64,000 nucleotides of DNA, taken from NCBI GenBank assembly GCA_977020255.1, contig CDROCS010001101.1, forward strand, positions 620,001 to 684,000, read 5' to 3'. Within the stretch, counting starts at the first letter, position 1, and each line of letters begins with the position of its first letter. The DNA comes from Obrimoposthia wandeli (taxonomy: Eukaryota). Below the pieces are notes generated by a model, which was not told the origin of the DNA, ran no database searches, and saw only the letters and a program-made list of their open reading frames with translations. This document shows, piece after piece, positions 38,418-48,222 of this stretch. Position numbers and translations under genes: made by a program.

Positions 38418-38909
38418 ATGATTATTTTTACCACAAACTTAGGTGACATTGAAATTGAACTCAATATGGAGAAAACGCCAGTCACGTCGAGAAACTTCAT
38501 CCGCTATTGCAAAGAAGGTTTTTATGAAGGCACTATTTTCCATCGTGTGATTAAAGACTTCATGATCCAAGGTGGTGGTTTTACTGAAAAGATGCAAGAG
38601 AAATCAACACGTCCAGCGATTGCTAACGAAGCTAATCGTGGTCTTAAAAATGTGATTGGTAGTATTGCGATGGCGCGTACTGACTCTCCACATTCAGCAA
38701 CAGCTCAATTCTTCATTAACTTAGATGATAATGACTTTTTGGATCACACAGCTACTACAAACGCAGGTTGGGGTTACACCGCATTTGGTACTGTGACCGC
38801 TGGTATGGACGTTGTTAACATGATCGCTTTTTCTAGAACAGCCACAGTGAAAGGCCATGAAGACGTACCGAGCGAAGCTATTGTTATTAAGAAAGTAACG
38901 ATTAAATAG
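38418..38909 (+). CDS. ppiB: Cyclophilin-type peptidyl-prolyl cis-trans isomerase (PpiB-like)
   Basis: FHRVIKDFMIQGGG, AMART..PHSATAQFFIN, WGYTAFG; may be a paralog. Confidence 0.85.
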   Translation: MIIFTTNLGDIEIELNMEKTPVTSRNFIRYCKEGFYEGTIFHRVIKDFMIQGGGFTEKMQEKSTRPAIANEANRGLKNVIGSIAMARTDSPHSATAQFFINLDDNDFLDHTATTNAGWGYTAFGTVTAGMDVVNMIAFSRTATVKGHEDVPSEAIVIKKVTIK

Positions 38910-38970
38910 TTGCTCTTGTAAATAGTCATAGTGGTGCCATTTATGATTAATGGCACCCTCTCAATTTCAT

Positions 38971-39450
38971 TTAAAGCTCACATAATTCACTGAGATGTAT
39001 AATTTGCTGATAATCACCGCTAACTTCTTCCAGTGATACATCAGGTGTATACCAAATTGCATTTAAACCCGCCTCAATAGCAGGTTCGATATCGCGATGT
39101 AATATATCACCGACCATAGTCACTTCATTTGCGTCAACACCAAGTACTTCTATTATCGCTTTATAATAAGCTGCCGTTCCCTTACCGATACCCAGATTCG
39201 ATTGGCAAAAAAATTCTAATATATATTCATCCAGACCGACACGCTTAAACGCCGCTTTAATATCCGCTTCACTTGAATCACCAGCACCGGTTGCGACGTA
39301 AAGTTTACAGCCCTGTTGTGACAATAATACTAATGTATCATGTGCACCTGTAATCGCTTCGACATGCTCCCATTCGCACATTTTACCTTTCATTTCAGGC
39401 GGATTAACCATCAAAGTTCCGCCCCAGTCAAACAGGAAAATCTTAGCCAT
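38971..39450 (-). CDS. HAD family hydrolase
   Basis: LFDWGGTLM motif I, MVGDILHRDI motif IV. Confidence 0.85.
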   Translation of the reverse strand: MAKIFLFDWGGTLMVNPPEMKGKMCEWEHVEAITGAHDTLVLLSQQGCKLYVATGAGDSSEADIKAAFKRVGLDEYILEFFCQSNLGIGKGTAAYYKAIIEVLGVDANEVTMVGDILHRDIEPAIEAGLNAIWYTPDVSLEEVSGDYQQIIHLSELCEL

Positions 39451-39988
39451 TATGCGTACCCGCTAGATTAAACTGAACCATGTTAAATCGCGCCATGTGA
39501 TAAACATTCACATACTGACCATCTCTGAACGCAAACGCCTTCGACTCACCTTCAATAACAAAACCAAATTTTTCATATAATGCAATTGCAGAATGATTAT
39601 CGGTATAAACTGTTAATTCAATACGCATGATGTTAAGCCAGTTATCCGCTAAATCAATAATATTACCCAGTAAGGCACTACCAACACCTTTGCCTTGGCA
39701 ATGATCTTTAACCCCCATACCAAATGAGCCAACGTGACGCCTGCGCATATTACTGCATACTTCAAAGCCAAGGTTACCGACAATTTCGCCATTGATCTCG
39801 GCGACAAAGGAATAGACGTTAGCAGGTACATTAGCCATACGTTCAGACCACGCCTTCCCCGATGGATTTGGAAGTTGCAACGTACCGCTGTAGGCATTTT
39901 TACAGGCGTAAATATCTCGAATAGCTAAGCCATCTTCAGGCTCTGAATGTCTTACTTTAATTTCTTCCATGTCATGGGACTCCGTCAC
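39443..39988 (-). CDS. GNAT acetyltransferase (YhhY/AaaT-like)
   Basis: GTLQLPNPS, RRRHVGSFGMGV, CQGKGVGSALL, ADNWLNIMRIELTV. Confidence 0.88.
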   Translation of the reverse strand: MTESHDMEEIKVRHSEPEDGLAIRDIYACKNAYSGTLQLPNPSGKAWSERMANVPANVYSFVAEINGEIVGNLGFEVCSNMRRRHVGSFGMGVKDHCQGKGVGSALLGNIIDLADNWLNIMRIELTVYTDNHSAIALYEKFGFVIEGESKAFAFRDGQYVNVYHMARFNMVQFNLAGTHNG

Positions 39989-40101
39989 AACTAAATTCTT
40001 ACTGGCATAATTAATTTTCTATCAATATTGACTCACTAAATCAGCCAGACAACATCTAATACCATAATATGAATCAATTTATAAGTACATGGTAAGCAAG
40101 G

Positions 40102-40746
40102 TTATTTTTGCGTCAAAATCAGAGAGCTGAAATATATCATCGCCGAGCCAGATAACCTTTGAACCCAATTACCAATTTTAGAGTCTTTGGCTGATGACTT
40201 TATTCTGTCTATTGCGAAAGTAACACCAATGAACCATACAAATATGATGCTTGCATGAATTGAAACTAAAGAAAATGCATTCAAATATGAGAAGTTATCA
40301 GGTGATATAAATTGAGGAAAGGCTGCTAAATAAAACATAGATACCTTTGGATTTAATATTTGCGTTATAAACCCTTCATTAAAATAACTAAGACCCTTTC
40401 TTTCAGTCTTCGTTATGCTTTTCGTTTCGTTGTTATTATTATTGGTGGTTTTATAAGAGCTAATAATTGCTTTAACACCAATATAGAACAAATACCCTGC
40501 CCCCAATATTTTCACGATGAAATATAGATCGGCAGATTGCATCAACAAGGCTGAAAAACCAAAAATGGAAAGTGCGCCGTGGAAAAACGTCGCCACAGTT
40601 AATCCCCAAATATTAAGGATTGAAGCCTGCTTTCCTTGTGCCGAAGCGGTTTTTAAAATCAATACCCCATTTGGCCCTGGTGATATCACAAGAAGTAGTG
40701 CGATTAAGCTAAACGCTAATATGTCATTCACAATTAAGTTCTCCAT
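40102..40746 (-). CDS. LysE/RhtB family translocator
   Basis: SPGPNGVL, LGAGYLFYIG, GFITQILNPK. Confidence 0.9.
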   Translation of the reverse strand: MENLIVNDILAFSLIALLLVISPGPNGVLILKTASAQGKQASILNIWGLTVATFFHGALSIFGFSALLMQSADLYFIVKILGAGYLFYIGVKAIISSYKTTNNNNNETKSITKTERKGLSYFNEGFITQILNPKVSMFYLAAFPQFISPDNFSYLNAFSLVSIHASIIFVWFIGVTFAIDRIKSSAKDSKIGNWVQRLSGSAMIYFSSLILTQK

Positions 40747-40768
40747 TAATAGCCATTCGGATCTTGTA

Positions 40769-41269
40769 CTAAAAACTCACGTTCAATACATCTATCTCGA
40801 ACACCATGCAAAGCTCACCGTCAGTTAAATCTGCTGCCGACTCCTGTATTTTAAAACCAGATTTATCATAAGATCTAATCGCACTTTGATTTTCTGGATA
40901 AACCGCGAGTTTAAGCGTTGTGACATTAAGCTCTGTTGAGGCATATTGCTTGGCTAGAGAAAGTAAATGAACACCAATACTTTGACCCCGATAACCAGAT
41001 TCAACATACATTTGGATAATTTCAGCTACGTCTCTCGACACCTCAGTAACACCGCACAAACCAACTAACTTATTACCATCAAATGCGCCAAGCATGACGT
41101 TATTTTCGTAACCATCTTGGATCAGTCTTTCAAAATACAGTGTTTGAATATTAATTTGCTCTAGGTATTTAGCACCAAAACATTCAGGATGTAACTTGAG
41201 GCTCTCTAAGCGTACCTGACGATACTGCAAGCTATCCTCGGGTTTTAAGGTTCTGTATTTAATATCCAT
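40769..41269 (-). CDS. GNAT acetyltransferase
   Basis: RLESLKLHPECFG, MYVESGYRGQSIG, NQSAIRSYDKSGF. Confidence 0.85.
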   Translation of the reverse strand: MDIKYRTLKPEDSLQYRQVRLESLKLHPECFGAKYLEQINIQTLYFERLIQDGYENNVMLGAFDGNKLVGLCGVTEVSRDVAEIIQMYVESGYRGQSIGVHLLSLAKQYASTELNVTTLKLAVYPENQSAIRSYDKSGFKIQESAADLTDGELCMVFEIDVLNVSF

Positions 41270-41278
41270 ATTAATCCT

Positions 41279-42091
41279 CTATTCGTTGGTTTTTCTAGCG
41301 AGTAATAGGCCATGATTACTTGACCCTAATAGAGATGGTTCATCACATGTTTTTAGGTGATAGTTCAACCATGTTTGATACTGTTCGGTCGTAAAGCCAT
41401 TAACCCCTGACGAAATATATCGACTAAAACCATCTGTCGCCACATGCCGTAATGTAGAAAACCCACCAGCAGTAATAAGCGTTTCAACTTCAGTTGGCGT
41501 TGCAAAGTAGCCCACATTAAAAAAACTATCAGCTAATGGCGTTGGTACCAAACCTGATTCTAAAACCGTGGATAGAATCTCAGGTGTTACCAATTCCGGA
41601 TATTGTTGAGCAAACATGCCGGCAACGAAATAGCGCGAAATATAAGCAATTGCTAGTACTCCATTCGGCTTAAGAATTCGATAAGCCTCTGCGATAGCTT
41701 GCTCACGCAGATCTTGAGTCTGTAAGTGATATAGAGGTCCGAGAATAACGCAAAGATCATGTGAGTTACTTTCAATAAAGGGCACAGAACAAGCATTACC
41801 TTCATGAATCGAAAGTGTTAACCCTTGATCTTTGGCTTTACGTCGCAGAATATTAACTTGATCAGGCACCAATTCAACAGCCGTTGTATCACAACCTATT
41901 TTGGCGAAATTAAGCGAATAACGTCCCGTAGCGGCACCAAGTTCAATGACTTTTACTTCAGGAACAAGATATGCTTTCAATACGTCCATTGTCGTATCAA
42001 ATTCCATTTGCGTAATGAACTGCCGAGTAAGGCGGCTATCTTCATTAGCATCGGTGTATTGTGCGATTAATCCTTGCAATAAAACCTCCAT
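41279..42091 (-). CDS. Class I SAM-dependent methyltransferase
   Basis: IELGAATGRY motif I, LGPLYHL, LKPNG. Confidence 0.85.
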   Translation of the reverse strand: MEVLLQGLIAQYTDANEDSRLTRQFITQMEFDTTMDVLKAYLVPEVKVIELGAATGRYSLNFAKIGCDTTAVELVPDQVNILRRKAKDQGLTLSIHEGNACSVPFIESNSHDLCVILGPLYHLQTQDLREQAIAEAYRILKPNGVLAIAYISRYFVAGMFAQQYPELVTPEILSTVLESGLVPTPLADSFFNVGYFATPTEVETLITAGGFSTLRHVATDGFSRYISSGVNGFTTEQYQTWLNYHLKTCDEPSLLGSSNHGLLLARKTNE

Positions 42092-42433
42092 TTTAAATAA
42101 TCAGTTACGTAAACCAGAATCTGCCTATCGGTGTCTACGCTGTCTAAGGTCCACCGATTAATCTACCTCTTTATTTATACATAAATAATAAAATAATTAC
42201 TACAGTATTTGATTTGATACTCGGTATTGAGCAAATAATCATTCATATACTGTATTACACATCGATGCATATAATTAAATAAATTATGATTTATAAAAGG
42301 ATAATAAACACAGTTTTAAACTCTAATTTAATGTCAATAAACACCTCATTCGTCCGTTTAAACGTTCACATCCACCATTTCTTTTTTAACGTATATGATA
42401 AGCTGAATTCAATATTGTTCATCGGCTTTCTCT

Positions 42434-43225
42434 ATGTTTTATAAAAAACCTCCTTTTATTATTTCGAGCATTATATTGCTGTGCTTATTGGCCATGATTA
42501 ATATCTACCAGCCATGTGGTTTTGGGTCGTTAGCCGATCTTTATTTTGAAAGCTGTACTTTTGTGGTGCTTATTTACATTTACTTAACTGCTTTCCAAGC
42601 AATCAAGTCTTACATTTTCTTAAGGCTTGGTGCCATATCACTGCTATTTAATAAAATTTATGATCTATTAACAGAGATCCCTTTTATTGAAAACCACTCT
42701 GACCATTTCGAAACACTTGATACCGTTTTTGATGATGGTTCACTGCTCGTTTCAGTTATATTTATCGCCATCGGTATTACGAGAATGACTAAGAATCTCG
42801 TCAAGCAGAGCAGCAAAGATGAGTTAACCGGATTATATAACCGCAAGAAATTTCCAGAGATTCGCTTAGACGTTTTTGAACTCATCTATTTCGATCTAAA
42901 TGGCTTGAAAACGGTCAATGATACAAAAGGTCATGCCGTTGGAGATCTCATGATCATTCGTTTCTCTCAAGTATTAAGACAAGCTTGTTTAGCAAATGAA
43001 ATGGCGTTTAGGGTAGGCGGAGATGAATTTGTCGTGACAGTACAGCCAGAACGAGCCAATGAGTACATCAATCAGCTTTATATGCTGCTAGAGAATGAAG
43101 CTATTTATTTTTCTTATGGGATTGAACGCGCCACAAAAACCACATTCAATGACGCGCTAGTACGATCTGATAAAGCGATGTATGTAATGAAAACACAGAG
43201 TAAAGCCAGTAACGTGACGATATAA
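42434..43225 (+). CDS. Membrane-anchored diguanylate cyclase (GGDEF)
   Basis: N-terminal TM helices; DELTGLYNR, FDLNGLKTVNDTKGHAVGD, RVGGDEF; no RxxD I-site. Confidence 0.88.
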   Translation: MFYKKPPFIISSIILLCLLAMINIYQPCGFGSLADLYFESCTFVVLIYIYLTAFQAIKSYIFLRLGAISLLFNKIYDLLTEIPFIENHSDHFETLDTVFDDGSLLVSVIFIAIGITRMTKNLVKQSSKDELTGLYNRKKFPEIRLDVFELIYFDLNGLKTVNDTKGHAVGDLMIIRFSQVLRQACLANEMAFRVGGDEFVVTVQPERANEYINQLYMLLENEAIYFSYGIERATKTTFNDALVRSDKAMYVMKTQSKASNVTI

Positions 43226-43286
43226 GGTTCATTATATAATATGAACCCCTTTGTATTCACCACGACACACTAGGGTTTTAGGACAG

Positions 43287-43763
43287 TTATATATTAATTC
43301 GTACTTTAATCTTCAAACGGTCAAGTAATTGATATCGATTTATCTTTAGGTCTAGCACACCCCTATACCTAGCCATTTCTTGAAAACCAAGTGAAAAGTA
43401 CTGTTCTTTAGCATCATTATTTTCGAATACACGGCATAACACTTGAGCGTTTTCATCACAATTGATTTGTTCTTTGGCTAGCGCTGCTTTTAACAAACGA
43501 AATCCACACAGACCGTTTTGGTATTCGCGGTGAATTTGAAGCGAATGAATTATTTGATTATTTCCTGATACATCATAAGCAATAAACCCAATAATATGCC
43601 CTCCAGATTCTCCGAGCAGCACCGACTTGGACATGTAATGCTTAATTATCGACTCTCGATTCCAATCTAGTCCTAACGCTTCTTGCATTGAAAACATGTT
43701 GTCTTCTATCAATTGGTAAATATGCTCCCAATCCAAATTAGAAGCTTGTCTTATCTTCATCAT
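43287..43763 (-). CDS. GNAT-like protein
   Basis: MKIRQAS..D, IHSLQIHREYQNG, YFSLGF. Confidence 0.6.
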   Translation of the reverse strand: MMKIRQASNLDWEHIYQLIEDNMFSMQEALGLDWNRESIIKHYMSKSVLLGESGGHIIGFIAYDVSGNNQIIHSLQIHREYQNGLCGFRLLKAALAKEQINCDENAQVLCRVFENNDAKEQYFSLGFQEMARYRGVLDLKINRYQLLDRLKIKVRINI

Positions 43764-43799
43764 TAGTTCCTTATTTTAATATTCAGCTTTATTAGGCCA

Positions 43800-44411
43800 T
43801 TATTTACTTGATGCTGCCAAGCCTACGCCGAAGCACATAAAAACACTGCCACTGACTTTATTAAGTACTTCCCTACCCTTTGGTTCTAGTAATTTATTTT
43901 TGGCAAAACGTGATAAAAAGGCATAGCCACTATGAATAATAATTACTAATAAACAAAATGTTAAAGATAATGTAATAAACTGAGCAACATAGCTCCCTTC
44001 AGAATTAATAAACTGTGGGAACAATGACATAAAGAAGAGTATTGGTTTAGGGTTTGAAGCGGTAAGAGAAAGGCCTTCCAGATAACATTTGATATTCGAT
44101 TTATCTTTCAATTCGACATGCGTATTTAAGGGCGCTTGGGCTCGCCACATTTTTATACCCAAATAAATTAAATAGGCTGCACCGATCAACTTAACAGCTG
44201 TAAATGCTACCGCTGACGTTGCTAAAATAACACCAATACTTGTTGCTGACAGTACAGATACGATGAACACACCTGTTGCAATACCAAATATGCCTGAAAA
44301 GGTATTGGCAGCCCCTCTTTGTATCGCATTATTAATCGTTAAGATAACACCTGGCCCAGGGCTCGCAATTGTCAGCGCTGCAACGAGCACATACATTAAA
44401 TAATTTTCCAT
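43800..44411 (-). CDS. LysE/RhtB family translocator
   Basis: SPGPGV, GAAYLIYLG, SNPKPILFF. Confidence 0.9.
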   Translation of the reverse strand: MENYLMYVLVAALTIASPGPGVILTINNAIQRGAANTFSGIFGIATGVFIVSVLSATSIGVILATSAVAFTAVKLIGAAYLIYLGIKMWRAQAPLNTHVELKDKSNIKCYLEGLSLTASNPKPILFFMSLFPQFINSEGSYVAQFITLSLTFCLLVIIIHSGYAFLSRFAKNKLLEPKGREVLNKVSGSVFMCFGVGLAASSK

Positions 44412-44447
44412 AAATTCCCTTACAGATATAACAGCCTCAAATGCGAA

Positions 44448-44915
44448 CTAGTTAATATACTTTTCCATGACAAAATTTATTAACTTTTGCCCTCTCACTT
44501 CGACTAATTGCTCTTTAGCTAACGTAAATCCGCAATGTTCATAGAACGGACGAGCGGTAATACTCACGTTTGAATAATATCTCATAACTCCCGCTTCCTG
44601 TCCTGCAGAAAAAACGTGATTCATTAATGCCTTGCCGACACCTTGGCCTTGATACTCGAAATGACAAAAGAAATGATCGATCAATCCGTCATCTTGTAAG
44701 TCTGTATACCCAACAATGACGCCATCAATTTCAGCAATAAATGGAGACAACCCTGTCACTTTATTTTTCCAAATTTCAAAATCAAATGACTCAGGAGCCC
44801 ATGCTTCAACCTGTACTTGAGAGTAGTCACGAGTATTGATATTACGAACAGTATTAAAAAATATATCCCATAACGCGTTAGCATCACTTTCAATGTAATT
44901 TCGAATGGTTATCAC
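44448..44915 (-). CDS. GNAT acetyltransferase (YafP-like)
   Basis: YSQVQVEAWAP, IDHFFCH..YQGQGVG, VSITARPFYE..GF. Confidence 0.88.
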   Translation of the reverse strand: MITIRNYIESDANALWDIFFNTVRNINTRDYSQVQVEAWAPESFDFEIWKNKVTGLSPFIAEIDGVIVGYTDLQDDGLIDHFFCHFEYQGQGVGKALMNHVFSAGQEAGVMRYYSNVSITARPFYEHCGFTLAKEQLVEVRGQKLINFVMEKYIN

Positions 44916-44933
44916 TATAACTTTGCCTTATGA

Positions 44934-45362
44934 TCAATTATTTACATATATACTTAAAATTGGAAATTTATGTTCTCCAAATGAGAGAGTAATAGACTGA
45001 GTTTCTCGTCCACTAAAACTTGATTCATAGGCCTGTGGGTTCGAGTTATCACCATCAGCAAACAGAGCCATTAACTGGCTACTATCAAATTTTCGATGCC
45101 CTGAAGATAAATTAGTCAGTGTGATAACCGCCCATCGCTCGCCTGAATCATTACTCATCAGCACATAACTATCCACTTTGAAGTCACTGCTTCTAGGGCT
45201 TACACCACTACTATTAGGAAAGGAAAAATCACTGTTTTGCGAGACCACTCGGTCAATATTCAAAGCTCCAGAATCTTCAGCTTGCACCGACAACGACAGC
45301 ATAATTAATACTGGAAATAAAAATTTAAACACACCAAACCCTCTACTATTAAAGTTAAACAA
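44934..45362 (-). CDS. Uncharacterised secreted protein
   Basis: Signal peptide ending VQA; beta-rich mature part (LMSNDSGERWAVITLTN). Confidence 0.65.
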   Translation of the reverse strand: MFNFNSRGFGVFKFLFPVLIMLSLSVQAEDSGALNIDRVVSQNSDFSFPNSSGVSPRSSDFKVDSYVLMSNDSGERWAVITLTNLSSGHRKFDSSQLMALFADGDNSNPQAYESSFSGRETQSITLSFGEHKFPILSIYVNN

Positions 45363-45486
45363 TACAATGTCTCTTAGTGAAATAAAACATATATAAACAA
45401 GAGATTACATAAAAACTTGTATAGTTCGTTGTAAAATAATAAATAAAGTTCAAATAAATATTTTATATTAATATAGCCTATTCGTC

Positions 45487-46020
45487 TTAATGACCACCCT
45501 TCTTGTCGTTCAAGTCCAAGAATTTTAACGCCAATGCCAAGAGCAAAATCGAAATCGGCAAAATCAACATTTCCCAGCTTAAGTTATTCAGGTTGATTAA
45601 GATCATTTCTAAAAACTTAACAAACAAAATAATCACAATCACTTCCCCCAAAATATTCTTGAGGTGGCCAATATCTGGTGTTTTAATCCAATTTAATACT
45701 GTCGGAATATTTTCCAACTTTCTATCAGTAATAAATAACGTAAATACACCATGGGCGAAGATGAATAAAACCAACGCAATCAAAAAGGTATCTAAGCCTT
45801 TAATCAAATAGGCGGTGGCAATATCAGCTGAGTCAAGATGCGCCAATGTTTCGTCAGGAATATAGCCAAACGCAACAGCAGTAAAGGCATAATACGTTTT
45901 GATTGCACCCACGACAAACAATAACAAAGAGCCTAATAATGAACAGATAATGGCTATCCAGCTTACAAATCTGAAAATAAAGAATACATCCTTCATTCTT
46001 TTAATACTGTGGTTTTTCAT
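45487..46020 (-). CDS. YqhA/UPF0114 family membrane protein
   Basis: 4 TM; IKGLDTFLIALVLFIFAHG, LKNILGEVI. Confidence 0.8.
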   Translation of the reverse strand: MKNHSIKRMKDVFFIFRFVSWIAIICSLLGSLLLFVVGAIKTYYAFTAVAFGYIPDETLAHLDSADIATAYLIKGLDTFLIALVLFIFAHGVFTLFITDRKLENIPTVLNWIKTPDIGHLKNILGEVIVIILFVKFLEMILINLNNLSWEMLILPISILLLALALKFLDLNDKKGGH

Positions 46021-46350
46021 TTTTACTCCAATTCTTTGTTATTACTATTTTATGTGCTCTAGGCAACGAATTATCACGTTTAATGGCGGGCAATATATAG
46101 CGTTTGTTGGTGTTGAACAAGATTAATTAACTTACTAAGACAATTAATTTAACCGACTAATATAATTCATAAAATATTTTAAAGCATCATCAAACAGCGA
46201 GTCTCGTTTCGTCAAGTATAGATGTCATTATCACTAATACTGTTACAGCTGAGTAATAGTAATTTACTATTTCCAGGGATTATCAATATTTAAGATATAG
46301 CTATAATACTGTCATCAAATTAAGTTATTCCAAATAGTAGAGCACATTTT

Positions 46351-47565
46351 ATGTTAAGAATTGTTGTTGTTGGTGGTGGCGCCGCTGGACTTGAATTAGT
46401 CACACGATTAGGCCGAAATAAACGTCACGAAGTGATGCTAATAGAGCCATCTTCACATCATTTCTGGAAACCGCGCTTGCATGAGATAGCCGCGGGTACA
46501 TTTGATGCTGAACTCGATTCTGTTAGCTACTTCCAACACGCGGAATGTAATGGTTATACCCATATCCAAGATGCGATGACAGGATTAAACCGAGACACAA
46601 AAACAATTAGCTTACGCGGGACGATGAATAACGAGACAACATTGCAATACGATCATTTAGTCATGGCGGTAGGGGCAGTAAGTAACGACTTTCAAACACC
46701 CGGTGTTAGTGAACATTGTTTATTTTTAGATTCATCAGGGCAAGCACAAAAAGTTTGGCAGCACGTTAAGCAGCAGCTTAAAGCGACTGGCACCCGACAT
46801 ATATCGATTGTCGGCGCTGGAGCCACTGGTGTTGAGCTCGCAGCAGAGCTAGCCAAAGTAAGTAATAAATTACAACGCTACAGACAAGCATCTGAATTTA
46901 AAATCACCTTAGTTGAAGCTGCTGAACGCGTATTACCAGGTAGTCCAGAGTGCATGTCTAACAAAGTTAAAACGGCACTTGAAAAACAGGGGGTTACCGT
47001 TCGAACGAACACCCGCGTACAACGAGCCGAAGCGGGTAAATTAGTGACATCCGAAAATGAGGTTATTCCTGCCGATTTACAAATATGGGCAGCGGGAATA
47101 AAGTGCGCGGAATGGTTAACTAAACTCGATGGCTTAGAAACGAATCGATTAAATCAATTAATAGTAAAACCGACGTTACAATCTAGCTTGGATGACAGTA
47201 TTTTTGTGATCGGCGATAACGCGCAATGCACGCAACCTGATGGTAGTTTTGTCCCACCCCGTGCACAAGCAGCAAACCAAGCGGCAACGCACCTAGCAAA
47301 ACAATTTAATCGATTGTTAAAAAATAAACCATTACAGCCATTTATTTACCACGATGGCGGTATGGTTGTGGCGGTTGGTCATAATAATGCAGTGGGTACA
47401 TTACTGAATAATAAACTGGTATTAAAAGGATCCTTAATTCGTAACCTATACGATACTATATTCCGTTTACACCAACGCGTACTCTTTAGTTGGGGACGTG
47501 TGACCGCACTTGTCGTGCTAAAACGCATTAAATGTATGCTTAATCCCTATTATAAAGGTTTCTAG
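46351..47565 (+). CDS. Type II NADH dehydrogenase-like FAD/NAD(P) oxidoreductase
   Basis: VVGGGAAGLEL, WKPRLHEIAAG, VGAGATGVELAAEL, WAAG, IGD, PPRAQAA. Confidence 0.85.
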   Translation: MLRIVVVGGGAAGLELVTRLGRNKRHEVMLIEPSSHHFWKPRLHEIAAGTFDAELDSVSYFQHAECNGYTHIQDAMTGLNRDTKTISLRGTMNNETTLQYDHLVMAVGAVSNDFQTPGVSEHCLFLDSSGQAQKVWQHVKQQLKATGTRHISIVGAGATGVELAAELAKVSNKLQRYRQASEFKITLVEAAERVLPGSPECMSNKVKTALEKQGVTVRTNTRVQRAEAGKLVTSENEVIPADLQIWAAGIKCAEWLTKLDGLETNRLNQLIVKPTLQSSLDDSIFVIGDNAQCTQPDGSFVPPRAQAANQAATHLAKQFNRLLKNKPLQPFIYHDGGMVVAVGHNNAVGTLLNNKLVLKGSLIRNLYDTIFRLHQRVLFSWGRVTALVVLKRIKCMLNPYYKGF

Positions 47566-47581
47566 TCATAATCCATTGCAA

Positions 47582-47618
47582 TAAAATGGCAGAGCGATCT
47601 TAAGTCTCTCTGCCATTC
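47582..47618. terminator. Bidirectional hairpin between convergent genes
   Basis: aaaatggcagag ... ctctgccattct. Confidence 0.65.
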
Positions 47619-47627
47619 TGTTTATAA

Positions 47628-48050
47628 CTAAGTCAGATCGGATGTACGTGGTTCAGGTAATACTGGTTCTGCACTGTCCATATACGTTAAGTAATGTGAC
47701 CACAATTCATGGGTTCGCTGTTGGGTAAGCTTAGTTCGACAACTTAACGTCATCACTACCCGCATGGTTCCGTCTCTGAACATAGTAAACACCGAATCAC
47801 ACTGTGATTTACTATAAGACTGCCACGCTGATTGGGCAATATTAATCGACTCGATAACACTCGTATCTGCAATGTATTGAGCAAGACTCTTATCGAGATA
47901 ACGTTGCATTTCAGCTTCCGCATTATCTAATTCAACCTTCGCACAGTAATTTATTTCTAATGTGTTAAACGCTTTATCGCAGTCTACTGAGGTCGCCATT
48001 ACCGTGAAACTACAGACACTCATGATTAAAAATGTAATTACCTTTAGCAT
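47628..48050 (-). CDS. Lysozyme inhibitor LprI (DUF1311) family protein
   Basis: Signal peptide; CDKAFNTLEINYCA, AQSAWQSYSKSQC, CRTKLTQQRTHEL. Confidence 0.85.
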   Translation of the reverse strand: MLKVITFLIMSVCSFTVMATSVDCDKAFNTLEINYCAKVELDNAEAEMQRYLDKSLAQYIADTSVIESINIAQSAWQSYSKSQCDSVFTMFRDGTMRVVMTLSCRTKLTQQRTHELWSHYLTYMDSAEPVLPEPRTSDLT

Positions 48051-48222
48051 TATAAAGTCAGCCTAGATGTGAATAAGCTGACAATATAACGATATATTTA
48101 AATTAATCCAATTATTCCAGCAACTGGTTTGATTAGTTTGGTGTTTCTGGCTAATTGTTATAATGACTAATAGTTAATGGTCATAATGACTAATTGCTAT
48201 AAACCGCGACAGTAATTAACCA

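Noticed and set aside
38971-46126. Calling the accessory array a true integron
   Set aside because: No integrase, attI or complete attC hairpin could be found; kept only as a tentative finding.
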